From Archangium sp. (lineage in GTDB: Bacteria; Myxococcota; Myxococcia; Myxococcales; Myxococcaceae): a stretch of 49,057 nucleotides of DNA. The DNA lies in contig JANLPS010000080.1 in assembly GCA_031367385.1 (NCBI GenBank), forward strand, positions 1 to 49,057, read 5' to 3'. Positions 29,597 through 38,218 of the stretch are shown here, piece after piece. Position numbers and translations under genes: made by a program. The first letter of the stretch is position 1, and each line of letters opens with the position of its first letter. The notes below the pieces were generated by a model. It made no database searches. It saw only the letters and a program-made list of their open reading frames with translations, and was not told where the DNA came from.

Positions 29597-29644
29597 GGGG
29601 GGCTTATCCCACGTGCCTGATTCGCCGTTCAAGAGGTTTTGAAA

Positions 29645-30361
29645 ATGCTCGTCGACCTGCACGTTCATTCATACCTGTCGCGCGACTGCCCGCTCGACCC
29701 GAAGGCCGTTCTCGCCCGCGCCGAGAGCTTCGGCCTCGACGGAGTGGCGTTCACCGAGACGAACACCCAGGACGGCTGCGACGAGCTGTTCGACCTGCAG
29801 CGAACCTCGAAGCTGAAGATCTTCGTGGGGCTCGAGCTCGCCACCGACAAAGGTCAGTACCTGTGTTTCTTCGACAAGCCTGACCGTGCACCTGAGCCGG
29901 TCATGCTGTGGGGCAGCAACCGCGAGAAGGCGTGGAGCGCGGATGAGTGCTTGCCCAAGCTCAAGTCACTTGGCGCGGCGATCATCGCGGCCCGGCCGTA
30001 CGACCGGGAGTACCCGACACCGGCGAACGAGTACGTGAAGACGCTGAAGTTCTTGTCGGGGGTCGAGGTCTACAACCCGAAGGTTCGCACCGGCGCGAAC
30101 GAGCAGGCGATTGAGGCTGCGCAGCTGCTCAAGGTGCCCGGAGTCAGTGGCAGCGACGCGAAGGGCTCGGTCGATGAGGTCGGGTACGGCGCGACGTGGT
30201 TTCACACTCCGGTGAGCACGCAGGCTGAGCTGGTGAAGGCGATCTTGGCTGGGCAGATGAGCCCGGTGCAGATGGGTGAGCTGCCACATCTGAGACGACC
30301 GGGTGAGGCGAAGGTCGAAGAGGCGAAGAAGAAGAAGGTTCGTCGCCGCTGGCCCCGCTAA
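29645..30361 (+). CDS. PHP-domain protein with degenerate metal site
   Basis: DLHVHS, GLDGVAFT, GLE, VEVYN and GSDA motifs. Confidence 0.85.
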   Translation: MLVDLHVHSYLSRDCPLDPKAVLARAESFGLDGVAFTETNTQDGCDELFDLQRTSKLKIFVGLELATDKGQYLCFFDKPDRAPEPVMLWGSNREKAWSADECLPKLKSLGAAIIAARPYDREYPTPANEYVKTLKFLSGVEVYNPKVRTGANEQAIEAAQLLKVPGVSGSDAKGSVDEVGYGATWFHTPVSTQAELVKAILAGQMSPVQMGELPHLRRPGEAKVEEAKKKKVRRRWPR

Positions 30362-30364
30362 CGA

Positions 30365-33280
30365 TCAGTGAATGGGGAAGGTGTCGTACGCCCCAGACCC
30401 ATCGGCATCGATCAAGATTGCGTTCGTAAAGGCAGACGGTCTCGCCGTGTTCGCCGTGCAAATGCCTCCCGTGCAGGTGACCGTCTCCCACGCCAGGGGG
30501 TACAAGGTTCGGCTCGCCGTACCGCCACCCACCATCGCGACCAGCCACGTGTCGGCCGTCGCGGTCACCGTGAAGTGCTCGACCACATGCACCCGGGCGG
30601 CTGAGAAGCCGTTCAGGCCAGGCACCGGCTCGAGGGGTAACGCAGTCGGGTCGTATTGTTTTCTCTGCAAGATTCGCGAATCGGGCCAGCTCGTGTTCGC
30701 GACGCCGTCGCGCGAGTCTCGCCCAAGGGCATGGCTGTAGAGCTCGATCGAATCGAACTGCATCCACTCAGGAGCCTGCACATCGACGGTGACGTCGATC
30801 GTCTGGCCCGCCGCGACCGAGAGCGTGTCTCCGATGCCGACGGCAGCCCCCGCGCCCTTCGCGGTCATGGTGATGAACGGGCCTGTACCGCCAATCGCAT
30901 GATGCGCCTTCATGGCCTTCGCCAGCTCAGCCGATGAGAACCCTGCGATCGTGTCGTGCTCGACCCGCACCCACGTGCGGCCATAACCGCCGGTGGTCGA
31001 GTACGAGTTGTGCGAATCAGAAACGCCGGTGGCGGCCTTCACCCAGCCGCGCGACAAGAAGGTCATCCAGTCGTTGAGCACGGCGTGGCTCGCGGTGAGG
31101 CCATTCATGATCTCCATCGCGTCGAAGGCGTTGCTGAACAGCTTGGTGTCAGTCGCGGTCGCGTCGGGGTGGGGTGCCATTCGAAATGATACCGGCGATG
31201 CGGTGCTCGCTCCGGTCAGCGTGTCGACCTTCAGCGCAGTCAGCGAGCCTCCGGGAGACCCGCGCGGGTGGTTCATTTGAATCACCGCATCAGGGTCACG
31301 CGCGCGAAGCCCCGCGTACAACTGGTCGAGCCGAAGCGAAGGGCCTTCACCACCGCCCCAGTCAAACGGCGACCCATCAAGCCCGGCACCTCGCGCAATC
31401 GGGTACGTCTGCTGGTGCCCGTAATCGAACGGAGTCACCTCGCACCCGATCATCGTCGCCATCTGATCTTGCACGCCGAGCTCGCGAACCAACGGCGCAT
31501 AGTCAGTGATGAAATCGTGATCAGTCGAGACCAGCACATCGACGCCCTCAGCCGCGAACGACATGACCCGCAGTGAGTTCGGCACGGTGCTGTCAGGGCT
31601 GTTCACCGCATGCACGTGCAAGTCGGCGCTGACCCACCCGGTGGTGTCGACCACATGGGCCAGCGTCACCGACAGCTGCGCATCGGCCGAGGTGAGATCG
31701 ACGCTTTGGCCGCGCACCGGGTAGGTCGAGGGAAACGCCGAGTACTCGGGCCCGCGCGTGACAGTGACCTCGTATTTCCCGGGCGGGAGTTGAACCTGAG
31801 CAACGCCCTGTGCCGAGGCGAAGGCGATCGCCTGAATCGTCGACGGCCAATCTTCGGTCGCGAACAGGTGCCGGTACGCCGCGGGCTGCAGCGCACAGGG
31901 CCCCCCTGGGCAGGTCACGACCACTCTGGCCGTCAGCCCACTGCCGAACGGGTCAGCGACATGAACGGTCAGCGTGCGGCTGGCTCCTACTTTGATTGTC
32001 ACTTCGCCGGCGCTCTTCGAGAGCAGCGCGACGGGCGTCGGTGCCTCGAGTGCAGCGCCGAGGGACCCCGTCGAGACGAGGTAATTACCAGGTGGCAAGT
32101 CGACCTTCCCCTTGCCGTCGGCGTCGGTGACGAGAAGGGTCACCTGCTTGCCAGTCTCGGCGGTCATGATCGCCACCCGGGCCCCAGGAGCCGCCGTGCC
32201 ATCGAAGCCCTGGGCGGTCACCGTCAGCCGCAATTTGATCGACTCATCGAGGGCGAGCAGGGTGCTCGAGATTTCGCTCAAGTCGCGGCCGACGAAGAAG
32301 TCGCGCAAGAACTGGCGGTTCTGCCCAGCGAGAATGCCGAACGACCCGGGCCGCTTCGACGCCTGCGGGTCGACCCAGGTCAACACGCCAGACTGGTTCT
32401 CGGCTTGCGCGATGAGCCCGCCGATGCCGGCAATGGTGATCAGCGCGCTGTGTGAAACGACCGCGGGGTTCGAAAACTCATACGCTCGGTACCCGTACGC
32501 GACGCCGGCGGCCTGAGTGCCGAACCAGGTGGCGGGGTCGACCAGGCAGGCGGCGCTGCCGAGCCCATTCGTGCACCCCGAGGGGTTGAACGTCGACGAC
32601 TCTCCGCCGGAGTCGAAGAGGTCTCCCACCGCGGTGACGATGGTCTCTTTGCCGGTATTGCAGAAGGCGGTGAGCACCCGCACCCGCGTCTCACCTGGGG
32701 AGAGCACGTAGTAGGTCGTCGCCGTGATCGGCAGCGCGGTGTTCGGGTCAGCGACGAGCTTCACGCTCGACCCGATGAACTGATCGAGCACGTTGGGCGC
32801 GTTGAGGTAGTCGATGACGTCGTCGTCTCCGGTGGCGGCGATGACGGCGTAGCCGCCCTTCGAACCGTCGTTGAGCACCTCGACCTTGCTGACGTTGATC
32901 GTGCGGCCGAACTGCGTGAGCACCTCGACCTTGCCGAAGGTGTCTCTGCCGGCGCCGTCGTGCACGGTATCGGCGTCGATGATCGTGCCGCCAAAGGGGG
33001 CAGGGGCCATCGCGCGCGACGGGCGTTGAATCACCACGCGAATTCGGTCATTCGACATCAGGTAGTCGCCGACGATGCCCTGGGCATAGCCTCCGCCGAT
33101 CAGGTCGTCGGGTGACTCGATGCGCTTGGCTTTCGAGCCAGAGCCGACGGCTGAGAACAGCCCGGTGTCACCCAGCTTCACCTCACACCGCCCCGACGGA
33201 GGATCGGGCGGAACGACCTTTTTCGCGGGGCAGGCGCTGACCACGACCAACACCCCGAGCATGGACAGCTTGAAACGCAT
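30365..33280 (-). CDS. CehA/McbA-like PHP metallohydrolase lipoprotein with beta-sandwich domains
   Basis: Lipobox VSAC; ADLHVHA..SPDS, STDHD, GCE..GH, NHPR, DAMEIMNG, SDSH. Confidence 0.85.
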   Translation of the reverse strand: MRFKLSMLGVLVVVSACPAKKVVPPDPPSGRCEVKLGDTGLFSAVGSGSKAKRIESPDDLIGGGYAQGIVGDYLMSNDRIRVVIQRPSRAMAPAPFGGTIIDADTVHDGAGRDTFGKVEVLTQFGRTINVSKVEVLNDGSKGGYAVIAATGDDDVIDYLNAPNVLDQFIGSSVKLVADPNTALPITATTYYVLSPGETRVRVLTAFCNTGKETIVTAVGDLFDSGGESSTFNPSGCTNGLGSAACLVDPATWFGTQAAGVAYGYRAYEFSNPAVVSHSALITIAGIGGLIAQAENQSGVLTWVDPQASKRPGSFGILAGQNRQFLRDFFVGRDLSEISSTLLALDESIKLRLTVTAQGFDGTAAPGARVAIMTAETGKQVTLLVTDADGKGKVDLPPGNYLVSTGSLGAALEAPTPVALLSKSAGEVTIKVGASRTLTVHVADPFGSGLTARVVVTCPGGPCALQPAAYRHLFATEDWPSTIQAIAFASAQGVAQVQLPPGKYEVTVTRGPEYSAFPSTYPVRGQSVDLTSADAQLSVTLAHVVDTTGWVSADLHVHAVNSPDSTVPNSLRVMSFAAEGVDVLVSTDHDFITDYAPLVRELGVQDQMATMIGCEVTPFDYGHQQTYPIARGAGLDGSPFDWGGGEGPSLRLDQLYAGLRARDPDAVIQMNHPRGSPGGSLTALKVDTLTGASTASPVSFRMAPHPDATATDTKLFSNAFDAMEIMNGLTASHAVLNDWMTFLSRGWVKAATGVSDSHNSYSTTGGYGRTWVRVEHDTIAGFSSAELAKAMKAHHAIGGTGPFITMTAKGAGAAVGIGDTLSVAAGQTIDVTVDVQAPEWMQFDSIELYSHALGRDSRDGVANTSWPDSRILQRKQYDPTALPLEPVPGLNGFSAARVHVVEHFTVTATADTWLVAMVGGGTASRTLYPLAWETVTCTGGICTANTARPSAFTNAILIDADGSGAYDTFPIH

Positions 33281-33347
33281 GCGGCGTCTTACACCTAAGT
33301 AAACGGCAATTTCCCCTGGCGTGTTTTCGCCACTATCGTGCGGGGCG

Positions 33348-33929
33348 ATGACCCCGGCGCGTACCGATGCAGAGCTGGTCGCGGCGATCGAGGCGATGTA
33401 CCGCATTCGCGCCGTCGAATCGCCGCCTGACGCAAAGGGTCAAAGAACCATCTGGCACCGGGCCAATCGAAACGCGGAGTTGGTGACTGAAGTCGATGCC
33501 GACGGCCGGGTGCTGCGGCAAGAGCTGATGCTGTTCGACGACATCTTGGTGTGGGACCGCGCGGGTGGCCTCAAGACCGGCGTCGTGGTGCCCACCGTCG
33601 GTTCGCGGGTGCTCAAGCCGTCTGACTCGGTCACGCTCGATGAGGCGGTCGCCGAAGACCGCGTCAGTCGAATGAGCCGAGGCCTGGCCGCGTACGGAGG
33701 TGATGACCGTTTCATCAGCCACATTCGCGAGCTGGTGCAGCCGCTGGCCGCCGCGATTGACTTCGGGCATCCGGTCATCACGCGCAGCTCGAATGAGATC
33801 TTGAAGCATATTGAAGAGAGCCGGCCGGGCGTTGCGAAGCCGACGTCGCGTGCACCCGTGCTCGCGATGGTGATTGGCCTCGTGCTCTTGCTGCTGGCGG
33901 TGGCGTTGGTGCTCGTCTTCTGGGAATAA
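33348..33929 (+). CDS. hypothetical protein with C-terminal TM anchor
   Basis: Host-like codons; hydrophobic C-terminus. Confidence 0.7.
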   Translation: MTPARTDAELVAAIEAMYRIRAVESPPDAKGQRTIWHRANRNAELVTEVDADGRVLRQELMLFDDILVWDRAGGLKTGVVVPTVGSRVLKPSDSVTLDEAVAEDRVSRMSRGLAAYGGDDRFISHIRELVQPLAAAIDFGHPVITRSSNEILKHIEESRPGVAKPTSRAPVLAMVIGLVLLLLAVALVLVFWE

Positions 33930-33945
33930 AGGGGAGTACGAGACG

Positions 33946-34982
33946 ATGGAAAGCCAGCGCGTCTCGAGCTTCGGCACGACGATCTTTACTGAGATGTCGC
34001 GACTTGCGCTCGAGGTCGGCGCGGTCAATCTGGGCCAGGGCTTCCCCGACTTTGATGGGCCCGAAGAGGTTCGCGAGGCGGCGATTCACGCGATTCGAAG
34101 CGGGGTGAATCAGTATGCCGTCACCATCGGCGCGCTCAGCAGATTGACTCGGCGAACCAGGTCATCGTCACTTCGGGAGCGACCGAGGCGATCTTCGACG
34201 CGGTGATGGCGTTCGTCGACCCGGGCGACGAGGTCGTGCTCTTCGAGCCGTTTTACGACTCGTACCAGGCGAGCGTGAAGATGGCCGGGGGCTCGGCGAA
34301 ATATGTGCGCATACGGCCTCACGACGCGGGGCATGAGACGTGGTGGTTCGATGAGACCGAGCTCGCCGCGACGTTCAGTGAGCGCACGGCTTTGGCGATC
34401 ATCAACCCGCCGAACAACTCGTCAGGCAAGGTCTTCACCCGCGATGAGTACGAGCACCTCGTGTTCGCGCCGCGACGTTCGTGCGCCCGGCGGCGGGGGC
34501 AAGAGCTTCTCGTTCACCGGGTGGAAGGTAGGCTGGGCGCTCGGGCCTGCGAAGCTCGTCGCCGCCGTGCAGAAAAGGCGCATCAGTGGGTGACCTTCGC
34601 GACGTCGGCTCCGTTTCATGTGGCGATCGCGACGGCGCTCACGTTGCCCGACTCATACTTCACGCAGTTTCGAGCCGACTCCCTGCGCAAGCGCGATTTT
34701 CCGGCGGCGGCGCTGAACGGCATCGGGCTGCCGACCTACCGCTGCGACGGCGCGTCCTTCTTGATCGCTGATATTTCGAAGACCCGCTTCGAGAACGATG
34801 TGACGTTCTGCAAGTGGCTCACGACCGAGGTGAAGGTCGCGGCGATACCGCCCTCGGTGTTCTACGTCGACCCGGCTGATGCGAAGGGCCTGGCGCGGTT
34901 CGCGTTCTGCAAGACCGACGCGGTGCTCGCTGAGGCCGCGAGTCGCCTTGCTCCGCTTGGCAGAGCTGCCTCGGCTCAATAG
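33946..34982 (+). pseudogene. class I PLP aminotransferase (YbdL/methionine aminotransferase-like) pseudogene
   Basis: NLGQGFPDF, TSGATEA, EPFYDSY and GKSFSFTGWKVGW lie in different frames, with internal deletions. Confidence 0.88.
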
Positions 34983-35848
34983 TAGTAGGCCGAACACACA
35001 TCGCTCGACGACGGTGTCTTTTCTCTGATCACGATGCTGCCCGCGTAGGTCACCCCGTTGGTGACGCAGTTGCCGCCTGAGCAGACGCTGTTGCAGCTGC
35101 CCATCGGCGTGAAGCCGCTGCAGCCATACGAGGTCGCGCAGGTACGACCCCAGGCGCCGGCCAAGCCTGCATTGCTGCACATCTGCTGCGTGTAGGGTAA
35201 ATTCGAATAGCCGGTACACCTGGCGTAGTACGTCTTGTTGTAGTTGCAGGTATAAGCCGTCGGGTTGGGGCCGAACACGTTGCCCCAGAATTTACCCTCG
35301 AGAATCTGAAACGAGCCTTCAGCGGCACTGTCGTAAGCCAACGTGTCGCTCTGGAGCGATATCTGAACGACCTGCCCAGCCGAGTTGACGTGAGCCATCA
35401 GACACGCCGTGACTCGCTGCTGGTCGGCGACTGTCGGGTTGCCATACTTCCAGTTCGGAGCAACACCCAGCGCGCCGGGCCACGCGTACGTGCGAAAAGT
35501 GACCTGTTCGCCGGCCGGGAGCGCGCACCTGACGAAGTACTTCATCCATTCCGCTGCGGTTGGCGTCGAGTCGAACCACGTGTTGAAGGCCGCGTTCCCC
35601 GCTCCCTCCGCGATCACCGCGCCACCGCTGAGCACGGTTCTCAACCCGTTTGCCGAAAAACCATTCGCGCTGAACCCGTTCGCGCTGAACCCGTTGGCAG
35701 AAAACCCGTTCGCGCTGAACCCATTCGCGCTGAACCCGTTGTCGTCGTTTATTTCGGCTTTCGAGACGCCCACCGACTCGGTTTCATCGAGTTGTTGTAC
35801 GCCGCACGCTGTGAACAGCACACACGCAGCCAGCCAGTTGGTTTTCAT
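34976..35848 (-). CDS. lipoprotein with NGFSA pentapeptide repeats and Cys/His-containing domain
   Basis: Lipobox FTAC; (NGFSA)6NG; YFVRCALP, GALGVAPNW, ACLMAHVN. Confidence 0.8.
   Translation of the reverse strand: MKTNWLAACVLFTACGVQQLDETESVGVSKAEINDDNGFSANGFSANGFSANGFSANGFSANGFSANGLRTVLSGGAVIAEGAGNAAFNTWFDSTPTAAEWMKYFVRCALPAGEQVTFRTYAWPGALGVAPNWKYGNPTVADQQRVTACLMAHVNSAGQVVQISLQSDTLAYDSAAEGSFQILEGKFWGNVFGPNPTAYTCNYNKTYYARCTGYSNLPYTQQMCSNAGLAGAWGRTCATSYGCSGFTPMGSCNSVCSGGNCVTNGVTYAGSIVIREKTPSSSDVCSAYYY
35645..35740 (-). repeat. 15-bp coding tandem repeat (NGFSA x6 + NG)
   Basis: AACGGGTTCAGCGCG units with synonymous variants. Confidence 0.95.
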
Positions 35849-35978
35849 GAGCTGACCTACAGCAACCGTCGTACCCATCGAGCCCTTGACTGAGATCAAC
35901 GCGTTACCCGTCAGCGGCGCTGCGCGAGATGGCTAACAGATGCGCAAGTCGCTCCAGAAAGCACCGTGAAGTCTTTCG

Positions 35979-36701
35979 CTAGGGCATCTGCAGTTTCACG
36001 TTGAAGACGTACTTCACGCTGACTGGCTGGCCTTGAAACATCACTGGCGTGTACCGCCGGGTCTGCAGCGCCGAGATCACCGTGTCGGTCATCAGCGGCA
36101 GCCCTTTGATCACCTGGCAGTCGCGAATTTCACCATCGCGCGTCACCGTGCACCGCGCGATCAACATTCCTTGCACCCGGGCCTCGCGGGCCTCTCGCGT
36201 GTACTGAATCTCACGCCCCGACAGCAGCCGCGGAGCGACCATGCCTTCGCCGAAGCTGACCACGTCGTCTCCGCCGCCGCTCGGCCCGGGGCCAGGCGCG
36301 GCATGGGGCACGCCACCGACCGCGACTCCGGTCGGGTCTGAGCCTTCGATGAACGGGAGCGACGGGTCGACCGGTTGGTTCGTGGCGCTCGCGACCGCTG
36401 GTGGTGGGTCGACTGGCAACGGCTTGATCACCGACGGCGGGGCCATCGCACGTTTCTTCGGCTTGACGACGGGCGGTGGCGCGGCAGCAGATGCGGCCGG
36501 CATCGGGTTGCCTTTCGGAGGCCGCGGCGCGAAGACGATCGTCGGCTCTTTCGAGATCACTTTCTCGGGCGGCGGGCGCGAAGAGATGAACGCGACGACC
36601 GCGATGCCCACGGCATGCGCGAGAACCGACAGCCCAGCACCAGACTTGAGCTTGCCAACCTTCCACGCGGGGGGAGCCTCGATGACTGAATTGAACATCA
36701 C
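35979..36701 (-). CDS. tonB: TonB-family energy transducer
   Basis: TM helix S..AH, Pro-rich linker, YTREAREARVQG C-terminal domain. Confidence 0.88.
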   Translation of the reverse strand: MMFNSVIEAPPAWKVGKLKSGAGLSVLAHAVGIAVVAFISSRPPPEKVISKEPTIVFAPRPPKGNPMPAASAAAPPPVVKPKKRAMAPPSVIKPLPVDPPPAVASATNQPVDPSLPFIEGSDPTGVAVGGVPHAAPGPGPSGGGDDVVSFGEGMVAPRLLSGREIQYTREAREARVQGMLIARCTVTRDGEIRDCQVIKGLPLMTDTVISALQTRRYTPVMFQGQPVSVKYVFNVKLQMP

Positions 36702-36749
36702 CGAGAAATAGGTCGCCGCGAACGCGCACGAGTCGACGCTCGCTCATCG

Positions 36750-36771
36750 TTTCGTCATGATTTCGTCATGA
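36750..36771 (-). promoter_or_regulatory. 11-bp tandem direct repeat, OmpR/PhoB-type box candidate
   Basis: TTTCGTCATGA x2, about 50 bp upstream of tonB. Confidence 0.6.
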
Positions 36772-36773
36772 GT

Positions 36774-36960
36774 GCCATCGATTCACGCGAATTCGCCGGG
36801 GTTCTTCGGAGATGAGCGGCCGATTCAGGTCAAGGGCTGGCCCCTTTTCGGAGCGGGCCGATCGATTCACGTGAATTGGTGCACCCGCTCGCAAAAGGTT
36901 CGATCGATTCACGTGAATTGGCCGCACCTGCGCCGATAACCCCGCGATTCACCTCGAGTA
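36774..36960. repeat. 42-bp-period array with palindromic core ATTCACGTGAAT
   Basis: GATTCA at 36780, 36822, 36864, 36906 and 36946, with variable sequence between. Confidence 0.8.
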
Positions 36961-37036
36961 CCAAAAAGAAGTGAAGGTCGGTGAATACGCCACCCACGCG
37001 CACGTCTGACGGGCTCACCCGCAGGGGAGGTACCGC

Positions 37037-37690
37037 ATGGCAACGAACACACCCACGAAGTTGGCAATCGGCCAAATCATCATCACTGCGCTGGTCGCCG
37101 TGACCTCGAAGATCATCAAAGTGCCCCGTGACGCATTCATCAGGGCCTTTCGCGCATTGGCCGACGCGGAGGCGGCCGTCACGAAGGCCGATGCGTTGGT
37201 CGAGAAGGAAACCGCCCTGTGTGTCGCCGCCGATGAAGAACAAGACCGCGCGGCCATCGACCTTGCCACCAAGATGTCAGGCGACGGGTATGGTCGGCTC
37301 AACCCGTTCAAGTCGTTCGGCGTCGACAACCCGTCGAAGCTCTGTGGCATGGGCGACGTCACCGAAGCCGAAATCGCCATCGGCCTCTGTGCGCGCGTGA
37401 TTGTTCACCCGAAGAGCAGCCCCGCCACCAAGAAGGCCGCTGCAACGCTCGACCGCGCGGCCAAGAAGGTGAAAGAGGCCGCTCCCCCGCGACGCAAGGC
37501 CCTCGAAGCGCGTGCCGCCGCGGTCGACCATCGCGATGGTGAGCTGCAGCGGGAGTACGCCGTGGCCCTCGCCAACCTCCGCGCGGCGGTCAAGTACGCC
37601 GACTATGTCGAGAACACCGCCCACTACTTGAACGTCTTCCCTCGCGTGCCGAAGACCAAGAAGAAGCAGGTCGCTGAGCCCGTGAGCTGA
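37037..37690 (+). CDS. hypothetical alpha-helical protein with basic C-terminal tail
   Basis: GGGGAGG RBS, Ala-rich helices, own terminator. Confidence 0.8.
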   Translation: MATNTPTKLAIGQIIITALVAVTSKIIKVPRDAFIRAFRALADAEAAVTKADALVEKETALCVAADEEQDRAAIDLATKMSGDGYGRLNPFKSFGVDNPSKLCGMGDVTEAEIAIGLCARVIVHPKSSPATKKAAATLDRAAKKVKEAAPPRRKALEARAAAVDHRDGELQREYAVALANLRAAVKYADYVENTAHYLNVFPRVPKTKKKQVAEPVS

Positions 37691-37699
37691 AAACGAAGC

Positions 37700-37734
37700 G
37701 AGCCCCCAAGGAAACCGCTTGGGGGCTCTTTCTT
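37700..37734 (+). terminator. intrinsic terminator
   Basis: GAGCCCCCAAG...CTTGGGGGCTC followed by TTTCTT. Confidence 0.8.
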
Positions 37735-37754
37735 CGCGGTGTACGCAGCGCGGC

Positions 37755-38201
37755 ATGAGCGTTCTGAAAGACTTTCGAGACTTCATCGGCAAAGGCAGCG
37801 CGATTGATTTGGCAGTCGGCCTGATCATCGGCAGCGCGATCACCACGATTCTCAAGTCATTCGTCGAGGAGCTGATCATTCCGCTGACCGGTTTGCTGGG
37901 CAAGGTCGACTTCAGCAACAACTACGTCGTGCTCAAGGGCGCGGTGCCTGAGGCAGTCGCACTGAGTGAAGCCCGCAAAGTGCCCGGTGCGGTGGTCTTG
38001 GGGTACGGCCAGTTCTTGAGTGTGTTGATCAACACGTTGATTCTGGCGCTGGTGGTCTTCTTGATCGTGCGCGCGATCAACAACCTGCGCCTAAAGATCA
38101 GGCGCGAAGAGATGGCGGTGCCAGCGCCGGTCGCCGCAGCGCCCGCCGATGTCGTGCTGCTCAGTGAGATTCGCGACCTGCTCAAGACCCGCGCGCCTTG
38201 A
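37755..38201 (+). CDS. mscL: large-conductance mechanosensitive channel
   Basis: LKDFRDFI.KG.AIDLAVG.IIG, YGQFL, LLSEIRDLL. Confidence 0.95.
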   Translation: MSVLKDFRDFIGKGSAIDLAVGLIIGSAITTILKSFVEELIIPLTGLLGKVDFSNNYVVLKGAVPEAVALSEARKVPGAVVLGYGQFLSVLINTLILALVVFLIVRAINNLRLKIRREEMAVPAPVAAAPADVVLLSEIRDLLKTRAP

Positions 38202-38218
38202 TCGATGCCACTTCGCGT

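Noticed and set aside
36774..36960. Canonical CRISPR array
   Set aside because: Repeats are short and degenerate, the period is only 42 bp, and no cas genes are present; kept as an unclassified array
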